A stretch of DNA of 64,000 bases, from the NCBI GenBank assembly GCA_004764695.1, contig SMSO01000032.1:8836483-8900482 (forward strand). The letters run 5' to 3'. The stretch comes from Schizochytrium sp. TIO01. Taxonomy: Eukaryota; Protista; Bigyra: Labyrinthulomycetes. The translations under genes were made by a program, and so were the position numbers. Each line of letters begins with the position of its first letter. Within the stretch, counting starts at the first letter, position 1. The notes under the pieces were generated by a model. That model was not told the DNA's origin. It did not search any database and saw nothing but the letters and a program-made list of their open reading frames with translations. This document shows positions 30,391 to 41,199 of the stretch, piece after piece.

Positions 30391-31570
30391 AAGTTACGCT
30401 TGGAAGTTACCTGAGCACCAGCACACGAAGTGGGCCCACTACCCCGGATGAAGCTGCTGTGGCGAGCAGAACCCTGCCTGCGCCACAGGACGAGCAGTCC
30501 CAATTGAGATTTTGAATCCCGGTTCCGTGGAGGATGGATTGGAGTTCTCAGAAATGACAAAAGAAATGACGAAAAAAGGAGCCTGGGAAGAGAACGTTCT
30601 AGAACGGGGCTCTGCAACCCTCTCACTAGCTTGGCAGAGGTACCCTACCGACTTATGAAAATCTCTTGACTTGGGTATATAGATAGACTCAAGTGAGAAC
30701 AATGGCTCAAATGAGGGACCGTCATTTCAACGAGATGACTTAACTCATACAATCCATGTCTACTATGGCCTGGGATTAATTTATGATCAAATACGTGGTG
30801 ATTTAAGCAAGAAAATGATTGTAAGCAAATAATCAATAGTTCAGATGGCTGAAAATTGCTGCGTTAGGCTTCACAATCTAAGCTATCAAGCCCCGAAAAT
30901 GTGTTAAGAATATTATGGACTTTGCGGTTAATGTATGCCTGGCCGATAGGGCGGTCCTCCACTTGCCCTTTTCGCATAATGGACTGCGCCGTATCTTGGT
31001 CTAGCCCGCTCAAAATCAATCAAGCGGACGTTATCCATAACGATATTATGAGGGGCCACGTGCACGTGTACATGCGTAAATCCAGCGTTATGATTTTTGC
31101 GTAAAACAATAGCAGCATTTTAGCTCAGTGCATATGGGCCTTCATGTCAATCTTGTGACAAGTCTGGGCAAGCGAGATCCCACATTCCTCAATTCACAGA
31201 ACCATTAGATCAACTGCTCATTGACCCCGTGCACTGTGACGCATAGATCTAAACTAGCCTGGAATTTATTGAGCTTCACGTATACCTTGTCTTCGCAATT
31301 TAAGAACCTTACCAGACTTGCTTGAACTTTCCAAAACTCTTAATTCCGTTGACAAATCACACCTGGGTAACCTGTTCCCTAGCAACACTGGATTTGAAGG
31401 ATCCTCTTAGCAAAAAGATTCAATCCAAATGGAATTGTAGTTTTAGTCGATCCAACTGTTCTCCTGAATGCTTTTAGACAGTCAAATTTTATTTTAATGA
31501 ATTACGGTTCGTGTGATTTGTGACAGCAACAAGAGCTTTCCTATAGAATTGAGGAAGAGGATACATTTAC

Positions 31571-34231
31571 TTACTCGGCAAGTAAATCATCGAGGTCGGC
31601 ATCAGCCCAATCATCCTCCTCCTCTGCACTTTTTGCCTTGATTACTGGGCCACGGTCACCAATAGAGTGCGAAATCTTGCGTTGCTTCATGTCAGCTTCT
31701 GGGTTTCCAAAGAGATCATCCTTTTCTTCTTCAGCGCGGTCTTCAGCGACAATTGCATCGGTTCCAAGTGGAGACTTCTTCCGAAGTTTTACACTTGCAC
31801 GCGGGAGCTCACCACCAGAAGATGCTGATGCGGCACCAAACCCTTGAGGAGGTCCACCAACTCCTCCTGCAGCATTGGTCAAAGGACCTTGAGCGGGTGG
31901 GCGACCAGTCATAATTGTGTTGAAGCCCGTTGCCATACCCGGTGAGCGCTCCAGCTTGGCCAGTTGCGTCTGATATTCGTCATAAGGCATTCCCATATCT
32001 TTGCAGAGCGCCACCAAATACCGCAAGCACTCAACATTATTGGGATATTCTCTGTGAATCTGCTCATAGAGCTCAAGTGCCTTCTGATAAGCACCCATTC
32101 GTCGATAGCAACTGGTGACCATAAGACGCCACTTCACTTCATTAGGCTGAATCTGCGAGGCACGCTGGAAGAACTCAATCGCCTTTTCGTACAGTTCACT
32201 CTTGACGTACCACACACCAAGCCAGGAAATGACATCGAGGTTGACTGGAAAATACCGATAGCTCTCGAGGTGAAAATGCAAGGCCTGGGTCTCATCGTCA
32301 GTCTTGTTAAAGATTTGACCCATTCGGGAAAGGACGTGTGGGTCAGTAGGAACTCGACTAATGAGAATGTTGAACTTTTCTATCGCTGCCCTAAAGTCAA
32401 GCCGCTGATCGTGCAAGCTCGCGATCTGAAACATAACCTCTGTTGAGTTGGAGACGATACTAAGAAGCTTCTCAAAAGCCTGCAGAGCCTCTTCAAGGTG
32501 ACCCATGCGCTTATTAACCAAACCGAGATTGTAAATAGCCTCGCTACAGTCTGCTTCGACTCCAATGGCCTCAAGGTACATTTCACGAGCTCGTTCATGC
32601 TCCCCCTTAATAAAGAGACAGTTTCCTTTGTTCACCAAAGCCTTTGCGTTATAACGATCGTGGCGGACTGCGAGGTTGGCATACTTGTCCGCGTTTCCAA
32701 GTTCTCCCTCAAGAAAATACAAAAAGCTTAGGTTTGTTGCCGCCATAGCCTTGAGGTGCTGATCCTTCTTTTCGAATGACTTGAGTACCTCGATGGCCTT
32801 GTCAAATTGCTTGCGCTTTAGGAATTCAATCGCCTTGGCAAGCTCAACTTCGCTTGCAATATTCGAATGCGTCGAGTCGCGCAAGGTGCCAATTACCCAA
32901 TCGTAGCCAGCTACCCAGCTTTTAGTCTCAATGACGGGGGCAATTAGCCGGGCGGCATCCAAAATGAAGCCCCGAGCGCGCTTAGTACGAGCACGGACCT
33001 CTTCCTTAAGATGATCAACATACTTTTGCTTGGGTTCTTTTCTGTTTGACGCATGCTCTCCTTCTTTACCTTCCCCAGAGTGATCATCATCTTCATCAGA
33101 AGGTCCCATACCACCATGGGAAGAGGAGAGACCTCCCATGCTCCCTGCATGACCGGATGCATCTCGGTCATTTGCTTTTGACTCTGAATTCTCCATATCA
33201 TCATCGTCGTCGTCGTCATCATCATCATCATCTTCGCTCGCACCTGGAATAGGCACATCTACAAGTCTGGTAAAAGATTTGCGCATTTGTTCTGCATCTC
33301 CAAGGGCAAATTGACAAATTACCATATTGAAGCCGCTCTGGAGATCTGGCGCACCATCCATCACGGCCTCTAGGTTCTGAATAGCTTCTTGATACTTGTC
33401 CATGCGAATAAAGGAAATGGCAATGTTGCGCATAATCTTGAAGCGAATCTCTTTGGCTGTATTGGGGATTTGATCAAGAGCCATCTTGTACATGCGAATA
33501 GCTTTTAGAAAATCTTGCTGCTTAAAATAAATGTTGCCCATGTTTACACGCAAGCGTCCCGCTTGAGGGTACTGCTTGTTTTTGACAATCTGCGTATACG
33601 TGCTGATCGCGTCACTTTCCATATTATTGAGCGCAAAGGCATTTGCAAGGTTTGAGGTGACAGCATATGTAAGCTCGTGATTCTGTTGCTCTCCAAGGCC
33701 ATTTTGCTCACGAAATTTACAGAGACTCTTCTCCCGTTTTGCTGCTTCTTTGGCGCACATAAGAGCAGCCATGTGCTGTTTTTTAACACATGCCTCTGCA
33801 CTTTGTTCCAGCAAACGGTTGACCTGCTTCTCCTGATCTTTAGCGCGCTCTTCAGGCGAGCTATCGGACTTTTCAGCGAGAGCCGGGGCAGGGCCACGGT
33901 TCCCTTGATTCAAAGGATCGAAACCCGCACGAGAACCAGAAGCAGATACTCCAGATGAATAGCCAGCGCCATTAACAGAAGTCATAGGTCGTGCATCACC
34001 AGCGCTTTGTTGCTGACTGGTCATAAGTCGCGAACCCATTTGCGTTCCAGGAGGTCCACGTCCTAACGAAGAAGGCGGTGGAATCTGAAAGGAGTTTCGT
34101 GTGCCGTTTGCTCCACCAGCCATGGTATTTGCAAAGACGTCATTATCATCGTCGAAGCCATCGTAGAGGTCATCTTGGTCGCCATCGTCAAAGAACCGGT
34201 TTCGGCGGTCGCCAGACTCACCGTTGTACAT
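31571..34231 (-). CDS. IFT88: Intraflagellar transport protein 88 (TPR protein)
   Basis: RPMTSVNGAGYSS, GRLRVNMGNIYF, MYKMALDQIP, AATNLSFLYFLEG, DRYNAKALVNKGN, QPNEVKWRLMVTSCYRRMG and YPNNVECLRYLV are IFT88 conserved blocks. Confidence 0.97.
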   Translation of the reverse strand: MYNGESGDRRNRFFDDGDQDDLYDGFDDDNDVFANTMAGGANGTRNSFQIPPPSSLGRGPPGTQMGSRLMTSQQQSAGDARPMTSVNGAGYSSGVSASGSRAGFDPLNQGNRGPAPALAEKSDSSPEERAKDQEKQVNRLLEQSAEACVKKQHMAALMCAKEAAKREKSLCKFREQNGLGEQQNHELTYAVTSNLANAFALNNMESDAISTYTQIVKNKQYPQAGRLRVNMGNIYFKQQDFLKAIRMYKMALDQIPNTAKEIRFKIMRNIAISFIRMDKYQEAIQNLEAVMDGAPDLQSGFNMVICQFALGDAEQMRKSFTRLVDVPIPGASEDDDDDDDDDDDDMENSESKANDRDASGHAGSMGGLSSSHGGMGPSDEDDDHSGEGKEGEHASNRKEPKQKYVDHLKEEVRARTKRARGFILDAARLIAPVIETKSWVAGYDWVIGTLRDSTHSNIASEVELAKAIEFLKRKQFDKAIEVLKSFEKKDQHLKAMAATNLSFLYFLEGELGNADKYANLAVRHDRYNAKALVNKGNCLFIKGEHERAREMYLEAIGVEADCSEAIYNLGLVNKRMGHLEEALQAFEKLLSIVSNSTEVMFQIASLHDQRLDFRAAIEKFNILISRVPTDPHVLSRMGQIFNKTDDETQALHFHLESYRYFPVNLDVISWLGVWYVKSELYEKAIEFFQRASQIQPNEVKWRLMVTSCYRRMGAYQKALELYEQIHREYPNNVECLRYLVALCKDMGMPYDEYQTQLAKLERSPGMATGFNTIMTGRPPAQGPLTNAAGGVGGPPQGFGAASASSGGELPRASVKLRKKSPLGTDAIVAEDRAEEEKDDLFGNPEADMKQRKISHSIGDRGPVIKAKSAEEEDDWADADLDDLLAE

Positions 34232-35590
34232 GTTCGAAGATCAAAAGCTACTTCGATTTACAGACCGGCGCAAAATTGACGTTGTCTCGAGGTGCGGACA
34301 GCACAGCTGTTCTAGTTGTACGATAGATGCAACTCCTCAATTGTTGCTAGCTTCTGTTTTTTATGTGAGCTCAGCTTGGAGGTTTTGGCTGCTGGAGCTC
34401 TAAACACCTTCCAACCTCGTCGCTTGGCCTCAACACGACCTTTTGTTAATCACGCAGGACCACTGTCACTGCGAACTTCGCAAGTATTGCCTGATGTCTG
34501 AAGCGGTCACGCTCAACAATAAATTTTGCGGGCGGTAAGAATTCTGTGTGCGGCGCTTTTACTTTAATGGCAATATTTTGTTTTAAAGTATTCTTTTAAA
34601 ATGTATAAAGTTCTTTGCTCATTCCGAATAATGCGTCGAGTAGATTGTATATGTTCGCAATCGAGTGAACACCTTTATTCTCCACTTGAAACCAATGCTT
34701 ATAAATAAATAAAAGTTGCGTCTACCAACACAAAAAATGCAGCTTTAATAAGTTAATCTTTCTTCTGCAAGCCCATGCGTCTAAGTACACGTGTGTAGCA
34801 AACGGTCACATGCCATCTTGTCATATGTCCGTTCGAAAAGAGGTAATATAGATTATTTGATCTCCCTATACTATACATAATGGGCAAATTTTCCGTACTA
34901 CCGTGCACGATATTTGCTGTTCACTTTTTTTTCCTTTCTTTTTGCTTATTACTATTATAATTATGGCTGTTTTTAATCCTATGATTGCCATGTTTTTTGT
35001 TTTGTTTGTTTTTTTCTCAATATTGAATTCTGGGAGGTTGAAGCAACTTTTACCAACGTTCAGGAGAACGCGCATTCTGCGGATACTTATTTTGTTCAAC
35101 TCTGCAGTACCTTTTCATTTGGACTCAGTTTCTTTTTCGCCAGTGCAAGTGTTCTTGATGCATATCTTGTAAGTGAAATCGACATGTTCAGGATACGCAT
35201 AAATTCGAAATGAATTCGCCTGATTAAAGTCTTCAGGACTTTTATAACGACCTTCAGTTTGCTTTCTCCTGCCATACTAAATCCTGTAAACTCATTAAAA
35301 CTTGTCGTCCTTACCACACAAAAGTCTGAAAGCTTTATATGCAAAGTATCTTTTTGGGTACGTATTACCTAAAATTTCTTTGAAAACATGATGAATTGTG
35401 AGTGTTTATGATTTAAAAGAGAAAAATCATCATGATAAATAAAGATAGGATACATGATCTGCAATCAAATCCGAGTCCTCAATCCACCTCTCGGTCCCGC
35501 TGGTAGCTTTTGATTCGGTTCCGACTACAGAGCGCGAGGGCTCGGAGCTCAGCTGGCTTGGGCCCCTTTCCAGCCGCCCAAAGCGCCACC

Positions 35591-38500
35591 ATGGATGCCG
35601 AAGGCAGATGGGAATTGGCCCGCGAGACAGCTTATCAAAAGTCACTTCTATGCAAACTTACATGGCACGATGAAGCTGCGCGAGAGCGTCGCAGACAAAG
35701 GCAGCGCAAGAGAAGTCATGACTTCAAGGCTGCTAGTCCCTTCGGAGGTCACATCGCAGTGCTTGTCGTTGACGAATTTGAGGATGACCTAGACCAGCCC
35801 GGTTCGCCCCGAAATGTGACAACCTCGAATTCATCAAAGACAAACGTCTCAGATATTGGCACAGGATCAATTTTTCAAACAAGTGTCGGAACTGCAGAAA
35901 CTGCGGCAGCAACTCTACTAAAGAGACAAAGCACGGCTATGGATGGCTACTTTGGTGATGAGGATCTAGAAGGCGATTTACGTGTTTTCACATCTACAGG
36001 AGATCTCGTATTTTCAAAGCCATGGTACGAAGGCAATTTGGCGCCAGGAGGATTTGGCTGGAGCCAGGGAGGAGTTCTGGTTTGTGTTCTTGCTGCCGGC
36101 GATACTGTAGAAGTATTCAGGGTAGACCAGGGCGGTGCTCCACGTATGTTTAGTATTCCTACCCAGGGAAACCGCCGGATTGCATGCGCTCATGTATGGG
36201 CTGGCGGCTTTGTGGCGATTACTGAGGATCTTGAGATCGTGGAGGGTTACCATTTAGATGATCCATTGCTAGCGATTATATCTGTGCGTGCACGACTGTC
36301 TCCTGTTTTGATTGGTGGTGAACATGCAAATGCACCCCATGCGATTTCGGTATTGAGGCCGTTCGTGAGCCGCGAGGACCCAGGAATGGCAACGATCGTT
36401 GTTGCAAATCCTTCGAGTGCTGGCATGATTGCGATTGAGAGCGATGGGATTGTTCGATCACAGTTCGCACTCTCTCATGATGTGTCAAAGAGTAAGTGGT
36501 TAGTTCCACATCCGACGTACAGGCTTTTAGCGAGCTATGGTGAAGATGGAGTTTTGAGCGTTTTACCAATGGATTTTTGCCAAGTTCTCGTTCGTCATGA
36601 TTGTACTTTAATATCTACGCCAGGGATGCGTCCGCCAAGCCCAGCGAGCGTCAGATGGTGTGGGTTGGCAACGTTTGCCATTTGTATAACATGGCCTGAG
36701 GCACCATGGAGTGGGCCGCAACACACGGGAGTTCTACTTCTCTCCATGGAGCACGAGTTCGAAATGCTTTCTGCTGCTCACTTACGCGGAAGTAGTGCAC
36801 TTGAAGAGAACCAAGAAAATAGATCTTTGCAAACGGACCCCGAAAGAGCAGCACAATTCGACTTTCCGCCCGGGTGCCGCGCTTTTGAAGAGGCAGACGG
36901 AATTCGTTTGGTAGGTGGCGAGTATGCATGGCTGCTTCGGCAAGTTCCGGAGTGCTATAGGCGTCTCTTTGGACTGGGGTCCACCGATCCGGGGGCAATG
37001 TTAATTGAAACTGTAGAAATGTTGGACGGAGGAGATGCAAATGCCGACGGAGGATTACGTTCTTTAGTAGATAGTGATATGGTCATTGACGCTGTAAACA
37101 CATGCTTAGACGCAGCTGAGCACGCTACGGGGGCTAGCGAAGCACAGATATTCCTCCTTCGAGCTGCTTCGTATGGCAAACGTTTTGTCCCTGCATCGGC
37201 TTCAGGACGTACAAGCCTGAAGGAAAGACGAACACTCGCACGACGATTTGTGGAAGTATGTCGACTGGTGAGACTATGCAATGCTGCACGGGAAGAAGCA
37301 GGAATCGCACTAACCACAAAAGAACTGCGCGTAATGACGCCCCGCGTCCTTATTGACCGTCTCTTATTTATGGGTAAATTCCACTTAGCATCCAAACTAT
37401 GTAGATTGGCGGGAGTTTCTACTTCCCATGTGGTTACGCAGTGGGCAGCTGCAAAGATTCGCGCGTCACCTTTAGAAGATGACGAGGATTCTGCCGCAGC
37501 GGCAGGGCGTTCTATCAACAAACGAGCTAACGGTCGCAGTGATGCTGCGGCTGGGAAAACTAGCAGCAGTAGTAGTAGTACCAATCAGGGTGGGAACGCT
37601 GAAAAGGGTACTAGCGGAGGTAATTCGCGTGCTTCGAACCGCCTAGATGCCTTAATTGAGGCGATTTCGACGCGCGTGGAGACATGTCGACGTAAAGATG
37701 GGACTATGGTGGCGTATGCTACTCTTGCAGCGGTTGCTGCATCGGAGGGCAGGGTGGAATTAGCGAGGCGGTTGAGCGACCGGGAAACGCATCTCTCGCG
37801 CCGTGTACTCTTGCTCTTAAGATTAGATGATTTCGAAGGAGCACTACGCACAATTGCGACCGAGACAGGCGGTGATCCTGATTTGCACATGTTTACCATC
37901 TCACGATGCACACAAATGATACCCATAGAACGAATTATTTCCTTAGCTGCAGAATCGCCTCGTCTTCGAGAGTTGTTTACGCTGTTCTTTAGAAGCACAG
38001 ATCAAGATATGTATAAGCGTCTGTTGTTAGGGCTTGATGCAAAGAAAGAGAAGGCCTTTGTGCTTGCGAATGAGTCTTGCATGGCTCTGCGCGCGGAGGA
38101 ACGGGCAAAGCTGGTCACTGAAGCTTCTCAAGAATTATTGGCCAGTGGGCAGCGCGGGCTTTCTAGCTTAGCTGCTGACCATGCTCGCCTGGTTCGGCGT
38201 CAAAATGAACTTGGAGAAAGCCTTGTGGGTCTGTCATTGGCAGATACGATCCTTGACTGTTTTCGCCGTGGACTAGACGATGAGGCCGAGGCCTTTGCAA
38301 AGGATTTTAATTTCCCCGAAAAGACATATCGAAAGACACAGCTGCGAGGGCTCGCAGCTCGAAAAGCATGGCTCCGGGTAGAAGAGCTTTCGTCCCAGGC
38401 CGCAGTTCGTGCTGTGTTAGATGATGCAGATTTTGCAGAAGTTTGTCTCGCCGGTGGACAGTATGAAGAAGCCGCACGATACGCGCGTTGTTTGGAAGAT

Positions 38501-38767
38501 TCAAGTGAGGCCAAAGCACCATTGCTGTTGCGTGTGTCTCTTTTCGATGAAGCCATGGATGCGGCCTTCAAGATTGGCAATACCCGAGTACTGGAGGCTG
38601 TGCGACGACGGGATCCTTCATTAGACAGCTCAGTTCGTGAAAAGTTGGAACATCTTGCGAAGAATGGACCTTCTATCAAAACAGTAGCAGCAACAAAGGA
38701 TCGTGCTCCACTTGCTGCCTTGAATGCCGCCCGTGATAAGGCTGCCCAAGGCTGCGCTCAGCAATAA
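35591..38767 (+). CDS. VPS16: Vacuolar protein sorting 16 (HOPS/CORVET subunit), divergent
   Basis: SPFGGHIAVL, EEADGIRL, LLRAASYGKRF, FVEVCRLVRLCNA, LIDRLL, HVVTQWAAAKI, VAYATLA..A...GR..LA, GDPDL and VGLSLADTI. ATG at 35591 in GCCACCATGG context. Confidence 0.88.
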   Translation: MDAEGRWELARETAYQKSLLCKLTWHDEAARERRRQRQRKRSHDFKAASPFGGHIAVLVVDEFEDDLDQPGSPRNVTTSNSSKTNVSDIGTGSIFQTSVGTAETAAATLLKRQSTAMDGYFGDEDLEGDLRVFTSTGDLVFSKPWYEGNLAPGGFGWSQGGVLVCVLAAGDTVEVFRVDQGGAPRMFSIPTQGNRRIACAHVWAGGFVAITEDLEIVEGYHLDDPLLAIISVRARLSPVLIGGEHANAPHAISVLRPFVSREDPGMATIVVANPSSAGMIAIESDGIVRSQFALSHDVSKSKWLVPHPTYRLLASYGEDGVLSVLPMDFCQVLVRHDCTLISTPGMRPPSPASVRWCGLATFAICITWPEAPWSGPQHTGVLLLSMEHEFEMLSAAHLRGSSALEENQENRSLQTDPERAAQFDFPPGCRAFEEADGIRLVGGEYAWLLRQVPECYRRLFGLGSTDPGAMLIETVEMLDGGDANADGGLRSLVDSDMVIDAVNTCLDAAEHATGASEAQIFLLRAASYGKRFVPASASGRTSLKERRTLARRFVEVCRLVRLCNAAREEAGIALTTKELRVMTPRVLIDRLLFMGKFHLASKLCRLAGVSTSHVVTQWAAAKIRASPLEDDEDSAAAAGRSINKRANGRSDAAAGKTSSSSSSTNQGGNAEKGTSGGNSRASNRLDALIEAISTRVETCRRKDGTMVAYATLAAVAASEGRVELARRLSDRETHLSRRVLLLLRLDDFEGALRTIATETGGDPDLHMFTISRCTQMIPIERIISLAAESPRLRELFTLFFRSTDQDMYKRLLLGLDAKKEKAFVLANESCMALRAEERAKLVTEASQELLASGQRGLSSLAADHARLVRRQNELGESLVGLSLADTILDCFRRGLDDEAEAFAKDFNFPEKTYRKTQLRGLAARKAWLRVEELSSQAAVRAVLDDADFAEVCLAGGQYEEAARYARCLEDSSEAKAPLLLRVSLFDEAMDAAFKIGNTRVLEAVRRRDPSLDSSVREKLEHLAKNGPSIKTVAATKDRAPLAALNAARDKAAQGCAQQ

Positions 38768-39522
38768 ACCAGAAAGCTCCATAATGTTTAGTATGACAAA
38801 TGAATTTAATTGCGTTGCATTGCGTTGTGTTGCATTGCATGTTGTTTTTCTAAAACAAGTGAAAATCAGCGAAGTGTTCTTCATTTTCCCTGTGTGTCCA
38901 TCTTTGAAAAGTATTGCAAGCTCAATGTGAGCAAGGCGTAAAAACAAAAGAAATGCGTGACACGGTTCAAGTTTGATTAAACGTTTAGCTTCAAGGTGAA
39001 GTAGAATATTCATAACTTAATAGGTAGTAAGAAACTTCAAACTCATTATATGCACCGATTGGAATTGAGATTCCAAGATCGAATCCAAATTTAAACTTAA
39101 TGTTCCTTTCACGCCTTTCACGCTTTTCACATTCACATTTCGTTTCACTCTCAATCCACCATAGGATTTCGAAATATACATGAAACCGTAGTAATATATA
39201 TGCCCCTAGTGAACCAGGCCGCCGTCCACTTTGTGTGGATTATGGTCCTCCCTCTTCCCTTTTTTTACTGGACAGGCTTAACCTTTCCACCGTTTGCATT
39301 GGGTATGGGACAGATAACGTCCTCTTTTGCATATGTATTAAAAACAAGAACGATGAAATAAAGACCATTGTTCTTTGTTTGATAGCAGAAAAAAGAGGTA
39401 ATACAACTTGGGAAGGCCCGGTTCAAACCACTGTTGTAGAAGAGAGCACATTAATAGACTTAACTAAAGTTTGAGGATGCCGGAAGCAAAAGTGAACAGC
39501 AACTGCACTGTGCAGAGAATCT

Positions 39523-40922
39523 CTACACCTGTAGATAGGGTCGCATCGCAGCCATGACAGCGTCAACATCTACTGAAAATAGCTGAGGAATGTTAGACGA
39601 ACGGGTACTTCCCTGAGACTTCTGCTGTTGTTTTTGTTGTTGTTGCTGCTGTTGTTTCGGTTGTTGCGACTGTTGGTTAGCTTTGGCAGCCGCCGCTGCT
39701 GCTGCCTTATTCTTCTTTTTGTCACTCTTCTTTCCGCTGTTGTTACTGTTGCTGTTAGCGTTGTCTCCAGAAGGAGAAGGTCCAGTTGCACCTCTAGATT
39801 TTCCAGCTGAGCGACTGCGACGATCAATTGCCTTCTGCTTCTGAATCCACTTTAGCAGCTGGGGCGTGAAGGTATGTAGGGACCAAAATTTAGTGGAGGA
39901 TTCATTCTTCGAGGCGGGTAGCTCGGATACATTGAAGAATTGGACACCAGCAATCTCCTTGCGAACGCGCGGATGAAAGTCGAAATTTTCGTCAATACCC
40001 CGGATAATGAACAACTTGATGCGCTTGCCTTGTTTGCTGTTTGTCTCCACAAAGTCTTCGGGATTGACCATGTCTTTACAATCATATCCTATCTCTTCAT
40101 AGACTTCACGCACGGCACAATCAACTTCATCTTCGTTCTCGTTAACTTTGCCCTTTGGAAAGCCCCAAGACCGTCCCTTGTAACTTTGTACGAGAAGCAC
40201 ACGGGACATGTCTTTGTTGAGCAGCACAAGCCCAAACACAGGAATACGAGCACGGTAGGCGCGAAATTCTTCGTATAGCTCTCTGAAGTGAGGGCGTACG
40301 GGTTCAAGAATTTCACAGCGATTAAACATCTCCTGCGCAAAAACCTTAAAATCGTGAAAATGACGGAGATGGTCATGATTATCAGCTAAGAAATCCTCAT
40401 AAAACCAGTGTGCCTGCAGATATGACCAGAGTCATTTCAATATTTCGTATCATCCGTTTGTTGGGTTTCATTGTATTTGTAGTTCACGTGTTGACAATTG
40501 AAAATGCATCAAAACAAGCCTCAAAATATGAGAAAAATAAGAAACGGCAAATATAAAACACCCCGCCGAAGAATGATGATAACGTCACCATCTCACAAAG
40601 GTTAGTCCTTGAGCTCCACCACAGTGCACATCAACGTAAGCGAGCCTGAAGCCCAGGGGCACGCAAAGGATGCAGCCCACTCGTAAAGAGGTCAACAGAA
40701 GAAGACTCTGTCTTCACAAACAACGCTTTCAGAACGAGCAAAGATACCTACCTGTTCAAGGTGAAAGAAGAGTCGCTCTGCAGACTCCAGCTCATGGTTG
40801 GGGATGTTGTCGAGGAACCTAAACTCCAAGGATTCGAAGGCATCCTGCAGTGTCTCCGGCACCTTTTCTACCGCCGCCGTGTTACCCGCATCTCGCGGCA
40901 CCGCATTCGCCTCCTCGTTCAT
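39523..40922 (-). CDS. DCP2: mRNA-decapping enzyme Dcp2 (Box A + Nudix); two exons 40922-40752 and 40413-39523, ~353 aa
   Basis: Splicing the GT..AG intron 40751-40414 (donor GTAGGT, acceptor TGCAG) in phase 0 joins RLFFHLEQ to AHWFYEDF (Dcp2 Box A). Nudix box WGFPKGKVNENEDEVDCAVREVYEEIGYD. Confidence 0.95.
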
Positions 40923-41160
40923 CTTCGCGATGCAGTAGATTGATTGATTGAGTGATCTCAAGGAAACTCGAGAGAAGGCATCGGCTGAGGGACTATATAC
41001 CCCCCTTTAGACTAATACAGGGGTATTGTGCGGAGGCACCCAAGTTTTGCACTACGCTTTTTAACTTTGCGCAACCCATTTCTATTCTTGCTTTATAGTT
41101 ATGTCAGCTACGCGTTCGTTGGTCTCGCTCACTGAAAAGCAAAAAGCCACAGAGGCTTCC

Positions 41161-41199
41161 TTCTTCTTCTTCTTCTTCTTCTTCTTCTTCTTCTTCTTC
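41161..41199. repeat. (TTC)n microsatellite
   Basis: 13 units. Confidence 0.95.

Noticed and set aside
9792-40922. THOC5, CPSF30-like and DCP2 as an mRNA-metabolism gene cluster
   Set aside because: They are interspersed with unrelated genes over ~30 kb, which is compatible with chance.
39523-40961. Track ORFs 39523-40329 and 40692-40961 as separate genes
   Set aside because: They are the two exons of DCP2, joined by a canonical GT-AG intron.
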